A model generated the notes under the pieces. The model was not told where the DNA came from and ran no database searches. It saw only the letters and a program-made list of their open reading frames with translations. The position numbers and the translations under genes were made by a program. Positions 1-9,774 of a stretch of 32,000 nucleotides of DNA are shown piece after piece. Source of the DNA: Formosa sp. Hel1_33_131 (lineage in GTDB: Bacteria > Bacteroidota > Bacteroidia > Flavobacteriales > Flavobacteriaceae); NCBI RefSeq assembly GCF_001735745.1, contig NZ_CP017260.1:30001-62000 (forward strand), read 5' to 3'. The stretch's first letter is position 1, and each line of letters begins with the position of its first letter.

Positions 1-1
1 C

Positions 2-298
2 GCCATGGTCAAAGAAATGGGTGGAGCCGATACTGCTTCCAGTCCCACATTTTCCATTGTGAATGAGTATAAAGTTACAGAGGATACCGTCTATCATTTT
101 GATTTTTACAGACTCAAAAACCAATATGAAGCATTGGACATGGGAATTGAAGATTATTTTTGTTCTGGTGTATGGAATTTTATCGAGTGGCCTGAAAAGA
201 TTGAAAATTTACTTCCTGAAAACGTCACTGTTTTAGAATTGTCCCTTGCTGAAAATGGCGGTAGAATTCTCAAACTCTCAGAAAAAAAACTTTCTTAG
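2..298 (+). CDS. tsaE: tRNA t6A37 biosynthesis ATPase TsaE (YjeE), C-terminal part; the 5' end lies outside the window
   Basis: The frame is open from the window edge. SPTFSIVNEY...YHFDFYRL...ALDMGIEDYF matches the conserved C-terminal half of TsaE/YjeE. The N-terminal P-loop is absent because the window starts inside the gene. Confidence 0.8.
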   Translation, partial: AMVKEMGGADTASSPTFSIVNEYKVTEDTVYHFDFYRLKNQYEALDMGIEDYFCSGVWNFIEWPEKIENLLPENVTVLELSLAENGGRILKLSEKKLS

Positions 299-346
299 GG
301 GTGATCAAAAAAATAATTGTAAATTAGATGCTTTATACTAAAGGCT

Positions 347-1546
347 ATGCATAAACCAACTTCCCCTTTTACACGAGAACAATTACTTCCGAAAGAAGAA
401 ACTTTAGAATTGACGAAGGAAAAAGGAGCCTTGTTTATTGGCATCCCAAAAGAAACCTCTTTTCAAGAAAAAAGAGTGTGTCTCACCCCCGATGCCGTTT
501 CGGCGCTGACAAGCAATGGACACCGTTTATTGATTGAATCTGGTGCGGGAGACAATGCCAGTTTTGAAGATCATGAATACAGCGAAGCGGGCGCAGAAAT
601 ATCTAAGGACAGAGCGAAAGTATTTGCCTGCCCTATAATTCTAAAAGTTGAACCTCCAACTTTAGAGGAAATTGCCCTATTAAATCCTAAAGCACTTTTG
701 ATTTCTGCACTACAATTAAAAATGCAGCATAAAGAATATTTTAAGAAACTCGCCGAAAAACAAGTCACAGCATTGGGGTTTGAATTTATAAAAGATCAAG
801 AAGGAGCGTTTACTGCGGTGCGCCAACTGAGTGAAATTGCAGGCTCTGCCTCTATTCTAATCGCCTCAGAAATTATGTCCATTACAAATGAAGGCAACGG
901 TTTGATGTTTGGGAACATTAGTGGTGTCCCTCCAACAGAAGTGGTGATTATTGGTGCCGGAACTGTTGGTGAATTTGCAGCACGTGCTGCCATTGGACTC
1001 GGAGCCAACGTCCGTGTGTTTGATAATTCGATCAGCAAACTCCGTGCCTTGCAAGCGAATATTGGTCGAACGATTTACACGTCGACGATGCAACCTAAAA
1101 ACCTTCAAAAAGCATTGATGCGTTGCGATGTGGCTATTGGAGCGGCAAAAGGAAACAACAGAGCGCCTATTTTAGTGAGTGAAGCATTGGTAGAACAAAT
1201 GAAGCCAGGATCTGTGATTATAGATGTCAGTATCGATATGGGCGGCTGTTTTGAAACCAGTGAAGTTACTTCTCATGACAACCCCACTTTTGTAAAACAC
1301 GATGTGATACATTATTGTGTCCCTAATATTCCGGCGCGTTATGCACGAACTTCCTCAGTGTCAATTAGTAATATATTTACACCCTATCTTTTGAAAATTG
1401 CAGAAGATGGAGGGATAGAAAATTCACTAAGATTTGACATGGGATTAAAAAATGGATTGTACTTTTACCACGGCATTTTAACGAATAAATCTGTAGCCGA
1501 TTGGTTTGGTTTAGAGTACAGCGATGCCAATCTTTTAATCTTTTAA
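347..1546 (+). CDS. Alanine dehydrogenase / PNT-alpha family NAD(P)-dependent dehydrogenase
   Basis: 399 aa. N-terminal GIPKE..E.RV.LTP substrate domain and Rossmann motif VVIIGAGTVGEFAARAAIGLGANVRVFD are typical of the AlaDH/PNT family. The exact substrate is not determinable by eye. Confidence 0.8.
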   Translation: MHKPTSPFTREQLLPKEETLELTKEKGALFIGIPKETSFQEKRVCLTPDAVSALTSNGHRLLIESGAGDNASFEDHEYSEAGAEISKDRAKVFACPIILKVEPPTLEEIALLNPKALLISALQLKMQHKEYFKKLAEKQVTALGFEFIKDQEGAFTAVRQLSEIAGSASILIASEIMSITNEGNGLMFGNISGVPPTEVVIIGAGTVGEFAARAAIGLGANVRVFDNSISKLRALQANIGRTIYTSTMQPKNLQKALMRCDVAIGAAKGNNRAPILVSEALVEQMKPGSVIIDVSIDMGGCFETSEVTSHDNPTFVKHDVIHYCVPNIPARYARTSSVSISNIFTPYLLKIAEDGGIENSLRFDMGLKNGLYFYHGILTNKSVADWFGLEYSDANLLIF

Positions 1547-1555
1547 AATTAATAA

Positions 1556-1915
1556 ATGAAGCTTGCTTACCGTTTTGTCTTTTACTTTGGAGGCTTCTCC
1601 ATAGGATTGGTCTTTTTAATGTTTTTTTTAAGTGGAAAAAAAACAAGTTGTGCCTACGGCCCTGATGCGCGTGTATTGAAAAACATTCAAATTAAGAGTC
1701 TTAAATATTCTGAATCCGTTCAAGAGCAACTCAATAACAATGTAATTGATACCTTAACTTTAAATTCCATATTTAAAGGGGCAGATATAAATTTCAGCAA
1801 AAGTGACACCAATTCAGTGCCTTGCAAAACGTATCGTGTTGTGGGAGATGTCTATGAATTGGATGTTGAAAATTGTGAACGCGTAGCAACAATCAAAACA
1901 CTTATAATCCGTTAG
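1556..1915 (+). CDS. Hypothetical N-terminally membrane-anchored protein
   Basis: 119-aa ORF with a hydrophobic N-terminus (FVFYFGGFSIGLVFLMFFL). It starts 10 nt after the upstream gene. No family recognised. Confidence 0.55.
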   Translation: MKLAYRFVFYFGGFSIGLVFLMFFLSGKKTSCAYGPDARVLKNIQIKSLKYSESVQEQLNNNVIDTLTLNSIFKGADINFSKSDTNSVPCKTYRVVGDVYELDVENCERVATIKTLIIR

Positions 1916-3078
1916 ACATTTCGTCTTTGTTTTTCTTTTTTTATCAAGGAGAGCTCTCGACTTGTTTGTCCAGCAACCGAGGTGTTTTCCTCCGCCCTTC
2001 TAATTAGGTATGGCATCACATCTTTTACGGGGCCAAAAGGGACGTATTTAGCGACGTTATAGCCTTGTTCCGCCAAGTTGTAGCTAATATGGTCACTCAT
2101 GCCGTAAAGCTGTCCAAACCAAACACGAGCATCATTGTTAGATATCTTAGAGGTTTCCATGAGTTCTAGTGCTAATTGAGAACTTTCTTCATTATGCGTT
2201 CCAATAAAAAGATGGATGGAATCCAGATTAGAAAGTATATACGTAATTGTATCATTAAACAGGGCGTCCGTGATTTCCTTCGTACCACAAATAGGCGATT
2301 TATAACCCAACTCTTTAGCGCGATTTCGTTCCTTTTCCATATAAGCCCCCCGAACCACCTTAAACCCTAGTTTAAAATTATTCTGTTTGGCTTTGGCATG
2401 AATTTCTTTAAGATAGTCCAAACGGTCCCAACGGTAGGTTTGTAAGGTGCTGTAAACGATCAAAGCATCGGTATTAAAAGTTTGCATCAATTCTAAAATC
2501 AAATCATCCACCGCATCTTGAATCCAGCTTTCCTCCGCATCAATAAGGATTTTTACATTATTTAATTTCCCTGATGCACATACTTTTTCAAAGCGATTTT
2601 TGATGCGTTCCCATTGTTCATTTTCAGATGCTGTCAACGTTTTCTTTTCACTGATTTTTTGATACAAATCAAAACTTCCAAAAGCACTCGGCTTGAATAC
2701 GGCGATAGGCAAGGCTTCTTTGTCTTTAGAAAATTCAATAAGCTTTAAAATGGTTTCAAGGGCTAAATCAAATTGACTCTCCACCCCTTTCCCTTCAACA
2801 GAGTAATCTAAAACACTGTACACCTTACTGGCATACATTTTATCTATTGTTGGCACACAATCTTGTTCATTGACCCCACCACAAAAATGGTCAAATACGG
2901 TGGAGCGGATCAAACCTTCAACCGGAAGATGCGCTTTGAGTGCAAAGTTAGTAGCGGCAGTCCCAATACGAACGAGGGGTTCAATCGAAATCATTTTAAA
3001 CAAAAAATAGGCGCGTTCCAATTCCAAATCAGATTTAAGATGAAACGCTATTTTTGTGTTGTTAAAATCAACAGCCAT
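1912..3078 (-). CDS. Proline dehydrogenase (monofunctional PRODH)
   Basis: 388 aa. The C-terminal FGQLYGMSDHISYNLAEQGYNVAKYVPFGP...YLIRRAEENTS is the hallmark PRODH TIM-barrel end. Confidence 0.9.
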   Translation of the reverse strand: MAVDFNNTKIAFHLKSDLELERAYFLFKMISIEPLVRIGTAATNFALKAHLPVEGLIRSTVFDHFCGGVNEQDCVPTIDKMYASKVYSVLDYSVEGKGVESQFDLALETILKLIEFSKDKEALPIAVFKPSAFGSFDLYQKISEKKTLTASENEQWERIKNRFEKVCASGKLNNVKILIDAEESWIQDAVDDLILELMQTFNTDALIVYSTLQTYRWDRLDYLKEIHAKAKQNNFKLGFKVVRGAYMEKERNRAKELGYKSPICGTKEITDALFNDTITYILSNLDSIHLFIGTHNEESSQLALELMETSKISNNDARVWFGQLYGMSDHISYNLAEQGYNVAKYVPFGPVKDVMPYLIRRAEENTSVAGQTSRELSLIKKEKQRRNV

Positions 3079-3100
3079 AATAAATGCTTTTAGTTTCTCA

Positions 3101-3108
3101 CAAATATA
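3101..3108 (-). promoter_or_regulatory. Bacteroidota-type -7 box (TATATTTG on the minus strand) for the proline dehydrogenase gene
   Basis: Exact TAnnTTTG match 23 nt upstream of the ATG at 3078. Confidence 0.45.
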
Positions 3109-3178
3109 TTTAATAGTAATTATATTATTTATAAATTTCTACTTAATTTCACGCTTTAATATTTTGACCACTTAATTC

Positions 3179-4246
3179 ATGAAAACCATACCATCCACAT
3201 CGTATTCAATTCATTTTAATGAAACCTGTTATAAAGAATTAAATGCCTATTTAGAAACTTCCCATTTTTCTAAAATATTCATCTTGGTGGACACGAATAC
3301 GCACACCCATTGTTTGCCAAAGTTTTTATCAAACATTGACATTGATATGACTTTAGAAATCATTGAGATGGAAGCGGGAGAAATCCATAAAACATTGGAT
3401 ACTTGTACTCAAATTTGGCACAGTCTCTCTGATTTGGATGGCGACCGAAAATCATTGATTATCAATTTGGGCGGTGGTGTTGTCACCGATTTAGGAGGGT
3501 TTGTAGCGTCCACATTTAAACGTGGTATCCGTTTTATAAACGTACCAACTTCACTCCTATCCATGGTAGATGCTTCTGTTGGAGGAAAAACAGGGGTGGA
3601 TTTAGGAACAATTAAAAACCAAATTGGAGTCATTAATTTTAGCGACATGGTGCTTGTAGATGTTTCCTTTTTAGAAACGCTTCCAGCGGAAGAAATGCGC
3701 TCTGGACTTGCTGAAATGTTAAAACATGGATTGATTAAAGATTCAGATTATTGGAACCGTTTGTGCGATTTAAAGGCTTTAAATATTTCTGACTTAGAAG
3801 GCTTAATCCACGAGTCTATCATTATAAAAAACGAAGTGGTGAAGCGAGATCCAAATGAACAAGGCGAGCGAAAACAATTAAATTTCGGTCACACTTTGGG
3901 GCATGCGATTGAATCCTATTGTTTGGACAATGACAACCTACAAACTTTACTGCACGGGGAAGCTATTGCCGCAGGAATGATTATGGAAGGCTATTTATCG
4001 ATGAAGACTTGCGGACTCTCAGAAGAAGAACTCACCCAAATAAAAAATACGTTTAAAACGATTTACGGTACTGTAGATCTTACCAAAAACGACAAAAGCT
4101 CAATAATAGAGCTTTTGAAGTATGATAAAAAGAATTCTCACGGGCAAATTAAATATGCACTGCTAGAATCTATTGGAATTTGTAAGGTTGATGTCATTGT
4201 TGAGGATCAGTTAATCGATGAAGCCTTTTCATATTACGCCTCATAA
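3179..4246 (+). CDS. aroB: 3-dehydroquinate synthase
   Basis: 355 aa. GGGVVTDLGGFVASTFKRGIRFINVPTSLLSMVDASVGGKTGVDL and the HGEAIA metal-site region are characteristic of AroB. Confidence 0.92.
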   Translation: MKTIPSTSYSIHFNETCYKELNAYLETSHFSKIFILVDTNTHTHCLPKFLSNIDIDMTLEIIEMEAGEIHKTLDTCTQIWHSLSDLDGDRKSLIINLGGGVVTDLGGFVASTFKRGIRFINVPTSLLSMVDASVGGKTGVDLGTIKNQIGVINFSDMVLVDVSFLETLPAEEMRSGLAEMLKHGLIKDSDYWNRLCDLKALNISDLEGLIHESIIIKNEVVKRDPNEQGERKQLNFGHTLGHAIESYCLDNDNLQTLLHGEAIAAGMIMEGYLSMKTCGLSEEELTQIKNTFKTIYGTVDLTKNDKSSIIELLKYDKKNSHGQIKYALLESIGICKVDVIVEDQLIDEAFSYYAS

Positions 4247-4252
4247 ACCCAT

Positions 4253-4753
4253 TTAATCACTCAAATCATTAAAAATAGAATGCATCAAACGTTTTTTATC
4301 GTTGATACTTTCTTCTAGTGAAATCATTGTTTCTGTTCTGTAAACACCTTCAATCTCATCTAACTTAAAGATAATTTCCTTTGCATGTGTTGTGCTCTTT
4401 GCACGAATTTTACAGAAGATATTAAATTTACCTGTTGTGATGTGTGCAACCGTTACATGTGGAATTTCATAAATACGCTCTAAAACAAATTTTGTTTGAG
4501 AAGTATTCTGTAGAAAAACACCTACATAAGCAATAAAAGAATATCCTAATTTTTGATAATCCAAGGTTAAAGAAGAACCTTTAATAATTTTGGCATCCTC
4601 CATCTTTTTTACTCTCACGTGAACCGTACCAGCAGAAATTAGTAATTTTTTAGCGATATCAGTGAACGGAACTCTTGTATTGTCAATCAACATATCTAAT
4701 ATTTGGTGATCGATTTCGTCTAATTTTACTTTGGCCAATTTATTTATTTTCAT
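4253..4753 (-). CDS. Lrp/AsnC family transcriptional regulator
   Basis: 166 aa. N-terminal HTH (LDEIDHQILDML..FTDIAKKLLISAGTVHVRVKKME) followed by an RAM/AsnC_trans_reg-type C-terminal domain. Confidence 0.9.
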   Translation of the reverse strand: MKINKLAKVKLDEIDHQILDMLIDNTRVPFTDIAKKLLISAGTVHVRVKKMEDAKIIKGSSLTLDYQKLGYSFIAYVGVFLQNTSQTKFVLERIYEIPHVTVAHITTGKFNIFCKIRAKSTTHAKEIIFKLDEIEGVYRTETMISLEESINDKKRLMHSIFNDLSD

Positions 4754-4777
4754 TATAATTAATATTCAAGATATTTG

Positions 4778-4785
4778 CAAATTTA
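4778..4785 (-). promoter_or_regulatory. -7 box (TAAATTTG on the minus strand) for the Lrp/AsnC gene
   Basis: Exact TAnnTTTG match 25 nt upstream of the ATG at 4753. Confidence 0.45.
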
Positions 4786-4811
4786 CTAAATTTTAAACAA
4801 AAAATGAAAGC

Positions 4812-5978
4812 TTATATTAAATTATTATTACCAAACAATGATATCTTCGTTAATTCTATCGTAATGAAATCGATTTCGTAATCTTCTGACAACACCTCAA
4901 AATCAGGATGCGACACCTGCTTAAAGTTAGCATCCAGCTCTAAGTGTCCTAGTTTATCATTTAAATCTCCGATAAACGCAACTTTAGGTTGAAACCGAAC
5001 TACTCCAGACACTAACACTTCCGTAAACTGTATACCTATATCACTAAACACTTTTGGGGTTAATGGATTGAGCAATGCATTTCTAACGATGACATCGTAA
5101 AATAATTTACCATTTTCAGGAATATCAAAATATGGTTTGTAAGCATCGCCTGATACAGGGTTGGTTGCTACATAGTCCAGAGCGCTAATAAGGGCTAAGG
5201 CCATGTATTTTCGTGTTTCTTCCCTCTTGTAGTCCTCTGGAAAATGCCCCGCCTCAAACAGAATGGTGGGCGTTCCATGACTCTGAAAATAATCTCCTAC
5301 ACAACTGTCGTTAAACCCATCGTCGTAACGCCCAATTTGGTTGGGTAAATACGGCTGTAATGCTTGATTCATGACCTGTATGATTTCCATCGATTTCTGA
5401 CGGGTGACTGTTAAAGAGCGTTCTTCATTTTCAGAAGGTGACAGGAAGCTAAGAACAGCAGAATTATGCGTATTTCCTGCGCTAAAAATCGTACGTTGCC
5501 CATGCATATTGAAACAAAAATGAGGTTTAAAGTCCTCATAAGCCGTTCTTAAAATTTTACTTTCAGACTGAGTCAACGCCTTTGCATCTCTATTTAAATC
5601 GATTTGATTGCCGTTTAAACGCGTATAGGCTTCTGCCCCATCTGGATTAAGGATCGGAATTATAAAAAGCGTACATCCCTCTAAAAGCGTTTTAGAATCG
5701 GGTAATTCAAAATAACTAAAGAGATCAAAAAGTGCTTTTGTAGTTGTGCTTTCGTTACCATGCATTTGCGACCATATTAAAATACGCTTGGAACCCCTCC
5801 CAATTTGAAGGCCGTGAATTGGCAGTCCAGCTTCCGAAACCCCTAAAATGGTTTGACTGAATTGTTTCGACAAGGAATTTAACAAGGGTTCAATATGTGC
5901 ATTTGTGATATAACGGTTTCCTAAAGTAGTTGCTTTTAAGGAATTGTATTGTGATATAAAGTAAGGTGCGTCTAACAT
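4812..5978 (-). CDS. M14-family zinc carboxypeptidase-like protein
   Basis: 388 aa. HGNEST (HxxE zinc ligands), NPDG, DLNRD and a later MHGQ histidine appear in the M14 order. No obvious signal peptide, so it is probably cytoplasmic. Confidence 0.8.
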   Translation of the reverse strand: MLDAPYFISQYNSLKATTLGNRYITNAHIEPLLNSLSKQFSQTILGVSEAGLPIHGLQIGRGSKRILIWSQMHGNESTTTKALFDLFSYFELPDSKTLLEGCTLFIIPILNPDGAEAYTRLNGNQIDLNRDAKALTQSESKILRTAYEDFKPHFCFNMHGQRTIFSAGNTHNSAVLSFLSPSENEERSLTVTRQKSMEIIQVMNQALQPYLPNQIGRYDDGFNDSCVGDYFQSHGTPTILFEAGHFPEDYKREETRKYMALALISALDYVATNPVSGDAYKPYFDIPENGKLFYDVIVRNALLNPLTPKVFSDIGIQFTEVLVSGVVRFQPKVAFIGDLNDKLGHLELDANFKQVSHPDFEVLSEDYEIDFITIELTKISLFGNNNLI

Positions 5979-5996
5979 GCGTATTTAATAAGATTA

Positions 5997-6004
5997 CAAA
6001 TGTA
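5997..6004 (-). promoter_or_regulatory. -7 box (TACATTTG on the minus strand) for the M14 peptidase gene, embedded in box 1
   Basis: Exact TAnnTTTG match 19 nt upstream of the ATG at 5978. Confidence 0.45.
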
Positions 6005-6230
6005 AACATTCTACCTTTTACATTTGTAAACGAACTAAAAGAGTTTATCATTCACAAATGTAAACGAGTTTGTGAGATAAATGCACACTGTAAGTCGGAT
6101 TAAAAGTGTTTTTTACTTAATGCATATTAATAACTTATTTATCAATATATTATGTAGATTAATTAAAGTTATGATTTACTCTATTTTCAATCAACTTACA
6201 CCGTTGTTTGCATATAAGACATCAATGTGT

Positions 6231-6238
6231 TACATTTG
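6231..6238 (+). promoter_or_regulatory. -7 box (TACATTTG) for the HTH gene, embedded in box 4
   Basis: Exact TAnnTTTG match 32 nt upstream of the ATG at 6270. Confidence 0.45.
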
Positions 6239-6269
6239 TAACCGCCTTATAATGCTACACATGTAAACA

Positions 6270-6644
6270 ATGATAAACACAACCGAATTCAACACCCGAC
6301 TCAAAAAAATCCTCGACTATTATGGTTTATCGGCTTCTGCCTTTGCTGAAATTATCACGGTACAACGCTCCAGTATTTCTCATATATTAAGTGGTCGAAA
6401 TAAACCAAGCTTAGAATTTATCACCAAAGTGCTCAATGCTTTTCCAGACATTGAACTTTTATGGCTTTTAAGTGGTGTCGGTGAATTTCCTAAAAGCTCT
6501 GCCCCACCCCAAAAAGTTGAGTCCACACAAATTCCTTCAAATCCTATTGCTGCAATTTCTAATGGGGATGACTCTATTGAACGTATCGTGATTTTTTATC
6601 GAGATGGGAGTTTTAAGAATTATTCGATGAATACATCTAAATAA
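6270..6644 (+). CDS. XRE-like helix-turn-helix DNA-binding protein
   Basis: 124 aa. The N-terminal LKKILDYYGLSASAFAEIITVQRSSISHILSGRNKPSLEFITKVL fits the Cro/C1-type HTH pattern. The C-terminal ~50 aa are unassigned. Confidence 0.75.
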   Translation: MINTTEFNTRLKKILDYYGLSASAFAEIITVQRSSISHILSGRNKPSLEFITKVLNAFPDIELLWLLSGVGEFPKSSAPPQKVESTQIPSNPIAAISNGDDSIERIVIFYRDGSFKNYSMNTSK

Positions 6645-6667
6645 TTTAGATTGCTAGATCCGTTTTG

Positions 6668-6675
6668 TATGTTTG
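6668..6675 (+). promoter_or_regulatory. -7 box (TATGTTTG) for the lipoprotein gene
   Basis: Exact TAnnTTTG match 37 nt upstream of the ATG at 6712. Confidence 0.4.
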
Positions 6676-6711
6676 TAGCATCAATCATTTGAATTTTTAC
6701 ATCCAAAATAA

Positions 6712-7086
6712 ATGAAATATCTAATAATATTGAGTGCTTTAGTATTTAGCAGTTGCTACGAAGTAGAACGCAATTGTAATGATTTTAAAACAGGAACTTT
6801 TGAGAGTACAATTACCATTGATAGGGTTGACTATACATCGACATTCTCTAGAACGTCGGAGCTTCAAGTGGAAGCTTTTAATGGTTCTATAGACTCTACC
6901 AATGTACGTTGGATCAATGATTGTGAGATGGTTTTTAAAACCATTAACCCTAAAAACCGTGCAGAACAAAAAGACATTCATCTTAAAATTCTAACAACAA
7001 CAAAAGATAGCTACAGGTTTGAATACGGCTATGTAGGCGATACTAACAAACAAAAAGGAGAAGCGAAACGTCTTATATTAGAATAA
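6712..7086 (+). CDS. Hypothetical lipoprotein
   Basis: 124 aa. Signal peptide with lipobox MKYLIILSALVFSSC. No family recognised. Confidence 0.65.
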   Translation: MKYLIILSALVFSSCYEVERNCNDFKTGTFESTITIDRVDYTSTFSRTSELQVEAFNGSIDSTNVRWINDCEMVFKTINPKNRAEQKDIHLKILTTTKDSYRFEYGYVGDTNKQKGEAKRLILE

Positions 7087-9774
7087 GGTGGTTTGCCCTT
7101 CATCATTAGCATCTATATCTGATTCAGAGTCTTTTGCTGGATCTATAGCCTTATTTTCCGTTAGAGGTTTTTCTGAAATTTCTTTCGTGTCTTCCGTGAT
7201 AGTCTCTGCTGGAGTCTCTACAATTTCTTCTCCAACGACATCTATTTCATCCGCAGGGGTTTCCTCAGCTTGTTCGTAAGGCAAGGATTCCATCAGGTCG
7301 ATTTGATTGACTTTTAGCTTTGTCAATTGGTTTCCTAAAGCCGAAACACCTTTGACGCTGATAAACTGTTCAAAATCGATAATTTGATCTTCACGACGTT
7401 CTTTTCCTCTGTCTTTAGCAAACGCTATTTTTGCGACGGGGCGCCAATCGGTGGAAACTATTTCTAAGACGCTGGAAGCATGTTCAGAAATAAAGACATC
7501 TTCTCTGTTTTCGTTTTCAATTAAAAAACGCTTGACATAGTGTCTTTCTTTTTCACCATCGAAGTAAATAGCAGATATCGGTTTGTTAGGAATCCATTTC
7601 TCCAAGACAATCATATCCTCATCAAAATGCGCCGTAATTTCAGGGATAATCGTTTTAGCAATTCCAGATTGCGTGACAACCAAAATGCGGTCTTCCCCTC
7701 TAAACTCTCCTACCAACTCACCACGACCGTCCACGTTTAAACGCTGAATGGTATCATCGAACCAAATTTTTCGAGGCTTCAGTGTACTGACTCCTTTTTC
7801 CTTAAGTTCGATGCGTTTCACGGCATGCTTAGTAACTAGGTTTCCTTTAGAGACCCTTCCTTTTATAATAACATCTGCAAAATCGATGTCCCATTTTAAT
7901 TTTTTAATACTTCCTACTTGACGTAATAAGACCGAAACAACTTCGCCTTCGCCATTTGGATTGGCAGAAAAATACCAAACATCAGAAGCTGGCTTTCCTG
8001 TCGTCAAATCATATTCACGATCGCGAGTCACCCCTGTAACCGCAAACCGTTTGATATAAGAGGCCCCGCCTTTACCATCTTTATAAATCATATTATAAAT
8101 GGTACGCTTATCTTTTTTCTTAAAAACAGCCACATGAATAATATCTTTACCAACAAAGGTTTTACTATCCACCTTCGTAATCATCAGTTTACCATCTTTC
8201 GTAAACACGATAATATCGTCAATGTCACTGCAATCACATACATATTCATCACGTTTCAGGCCTGTTCCTACAAAGCCTTCTTTTCTATTGACATAGAGTT
8301 TTGTGTTTCTAATAATAACTTTTGTCGCATCTACATCCCCAAACGTTTTGATTTCGGTTTTACGCTCTTTTCCAGCGCCGTATTCAGATCTTAAGCGTTT
8401 GAAATAATCAATCGCGTAGTTGATTAGATTTGCTAAAAACCCTTTGGTTTCCGCAATTTGATCTTCCAAAGCATCAATTTTCTGTTGGGCTTTGTCAATG
8501 TCAAACTTAGAAATTCTCTTAATTCGGATTTCTGTTAATCTAGAGATATCCTCTTCCGTAATCGCACGCTTTAAATGTTTGATATGAGGTTGAAGTCCCT
8601 TATCAATCGCGCTAATCACACCTGACCACGTTTCTTCTTCTTCAATATCGCGGTAAATTCTATTTTCTATAAAGATGCGTTCCAAAGAAGCAAAATGCCA
8701 TTGCTCTTCAAACTCACCTAATTTAATTTCTAATTCTTGTTTTAATAATTCTACCGTATGATCTGTAGAACGTCTCAACATTTCGGTGACACCCACAAAC
8801 AATGGCTTGTTATCCTCAATAACACATCCCAGAGGCGAAATAGCCGTTTCACAAGAGGTGAACGCAAATAAGGCATCGATGGTTTTATCAGGAGATATTC
8901 CTGCTGGTAAGTGCACTAAAATCTCAACTTCCGCAGCAGTGTTGTCTTCGATTTTTTTGATTCTAATTTTACTTTTCTCATTGGCTTTAAGAATAGAATC
9001 AATTAATGAAGAGGTAGTCGTTCCAAAAGGAACTTCGGTAATGACCAAGGTGTTTTTGTTGAGTTGTGAGATTTTCGCTCTACAACGGACTCTTCCCCCT
9101 CGTAATCCATCATTGTAATTGCTGAAATCTGCCACACCACCTGTAGCAAAATCAGGAAGAATGGTGAATCGTTTTCCTTGAAGATGTTTTATAGACGCCT
9201 CAATAAGTTCGATAAAGTTATGAGGCAATACTTTTGTGGACAGTCCAACGGCAATTCCTTCGGCTCCTTGTGCTAATAGCAACGGAAACATGACAGGAAG
9301 ATTGATCGGCTCCTTGCGACGCCCATCGTAAGAGGCTTGCCATTCTGTAATTTTTGGATTAAAAACAACGTCTAACGCAAATTTAGAAAGTCGTGCTTCA
9401 ATATATCTTGAGGCGGCAGCTCTGTCTCCTGTGAGAACATTTCCCCAGTTTCCTTGCGCATCAATAAGTAAATCTTTTTGACCAATTTGAACCATCGCAT
9501 CGGCAATACTTGCATCCCCGTGCGGGTGGTACTGCATGGTATGACCTACAATATTAGCAACCTTATTATAGCGACCATCATCCAAATCTTTCATCGAATG
9601 TAAAATCCGACGCTGAACAGGTTTAAATCCGTCTTCAATAGCAGGAACTGCACGTTCTAAAATAACATAGGACGCATAATCTAAGAACCAATCTTTAAAC
9701 ATACCCGTAACTCGAGTAATCGTTTCTTGATTGTCCGTGTTGTCATTTGTGATACCGTCGTTTTCTTCTATCAT
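7078..9774 (-). CDS. parC: DNA topoisomerase IV subunit A (GyrA/ParC family)
   Basis: 898 aa. [13 protein letters not shown] and the active-site region [10 protein letters not shown] are present. The start overlaps the stop of the subunit B gene (ATGA). This ParE-ParC pairing is typical of Bacteroidota topo IV. The protein ends in an acidic C-terminal tail. Confidence 0.88.
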   Translation of the reverse strand: MIEENDGITNDNTDNQETITRVTGMFKDWFLDYASYVILERAVPAIEDGFKPVQRRILHSMKDLDDGRYNKVANIVGHTMQYHPHGDASIADAMVQIGQKDLLIDAQGNWGNVLTGDRAAASRYIEARLSKFALDVVFNPKITEWQASYDGRRKEPINLPVMFPLLLAQGAEGIAVGLSTKVLPHNFIELIEASIKHLQGKRFTILPDFATGGVADFSNYNDGLRGGRVRCRAKISQLNKNTLVITEVPFGTTTSSLIDSILKANEKSKIRIKKIEDNTAAEVEILVHLPAGISPDKTIDALFAFTSCETAISPLGCVIEDNKPLFVGVTEMLRRSTDHTVELLKQELEIKLGEFEEQWHFASLERIFIENRIYRDIEEEETWSGVISAIDKGLQPHIKHLKRAITEEDISRLTEIRIKRISKFDIDKAQQKIDALEDQIAETKGFLANLINYAIDYFKRLRSEYGAGKERKTEIKTFGDVDATKVIIRNTKLYVNRKEGFVGTGLKRDEYVCDCSDIDDIIVFTKDGKLMITKVDSKTFVGKDIIHVAVFKKKDKRTIYNMIYKDGKGGASYIKRFAVTGVTRDREYDLTTGKPASDVWYFSANPNGEGEVVSVLLRQVGSIKKLKWDIDFADVIIKGRVSKGNLVTKHAVKRIELKEKGVSTLKPRKIWFDDTIQRLNVDGRGELVGEFRGEDRILVVTQSGIAKTIIPEITAHFDEDMIVLEKWIPNKPISAIYFDGEKERHYVKRFLIENENREDVFISEHASSVLEIVSTDWRPVAKIAFAKDRGKERREDQIIDFEQFISVKGVSALGNQLTKLKVNQIDLMESLPYEQAEETPADEIDVVGEEIVETPAETITEDTKEISEKPLTENKAIDPAKDSESDIDANDEGQTTLF

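Larger units (their letters stand above)
5994..6268. promoter_or_regulatory. Array of five 14-nt palindromic boxes (consensus TTACAwwTGTAAAC), a putative operator set
   Basis: Copies at 5994-6007 TTACAAATGTAAAC, 6018-6031 TTACATTTGTAAAC, 6052-6065 TCACAAATGTAAAC, 6230-6243 TTACATTTGTAACC and 6255-6268 CTACACATGTAAAC. The core is TTACA-N2-TGTAA dyad symmetry. The array sits in the 291-bp divergent spacer between the M14 peptidase and HTH genes. Confidence 0.6.

Noticed and set aside
571-1108. Three 65-80-aa minus-strand ORFs inside the AlaDH-family gene. Similar antisense ORFs occur inside putA, aroB, parC, parE, the TBDR, pyrB, pyrR, TauE and the YdiJ-like gene.
   Set aside because: All are nested antisense or out-of-frame within well-supported genes. 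None has a recognisable motif or promoter, so they are typical shadow ORFs.
6081-6266. 61-aa plus-strand ORF in the M14/HTH spacer
   Set aside because: It is very AT-rich and the translation is isoleucine/leucine/asparagine-biased. It overlaps the repeated operator-like boxes and the HTH promoter. The regulatory DNA explains the region better.
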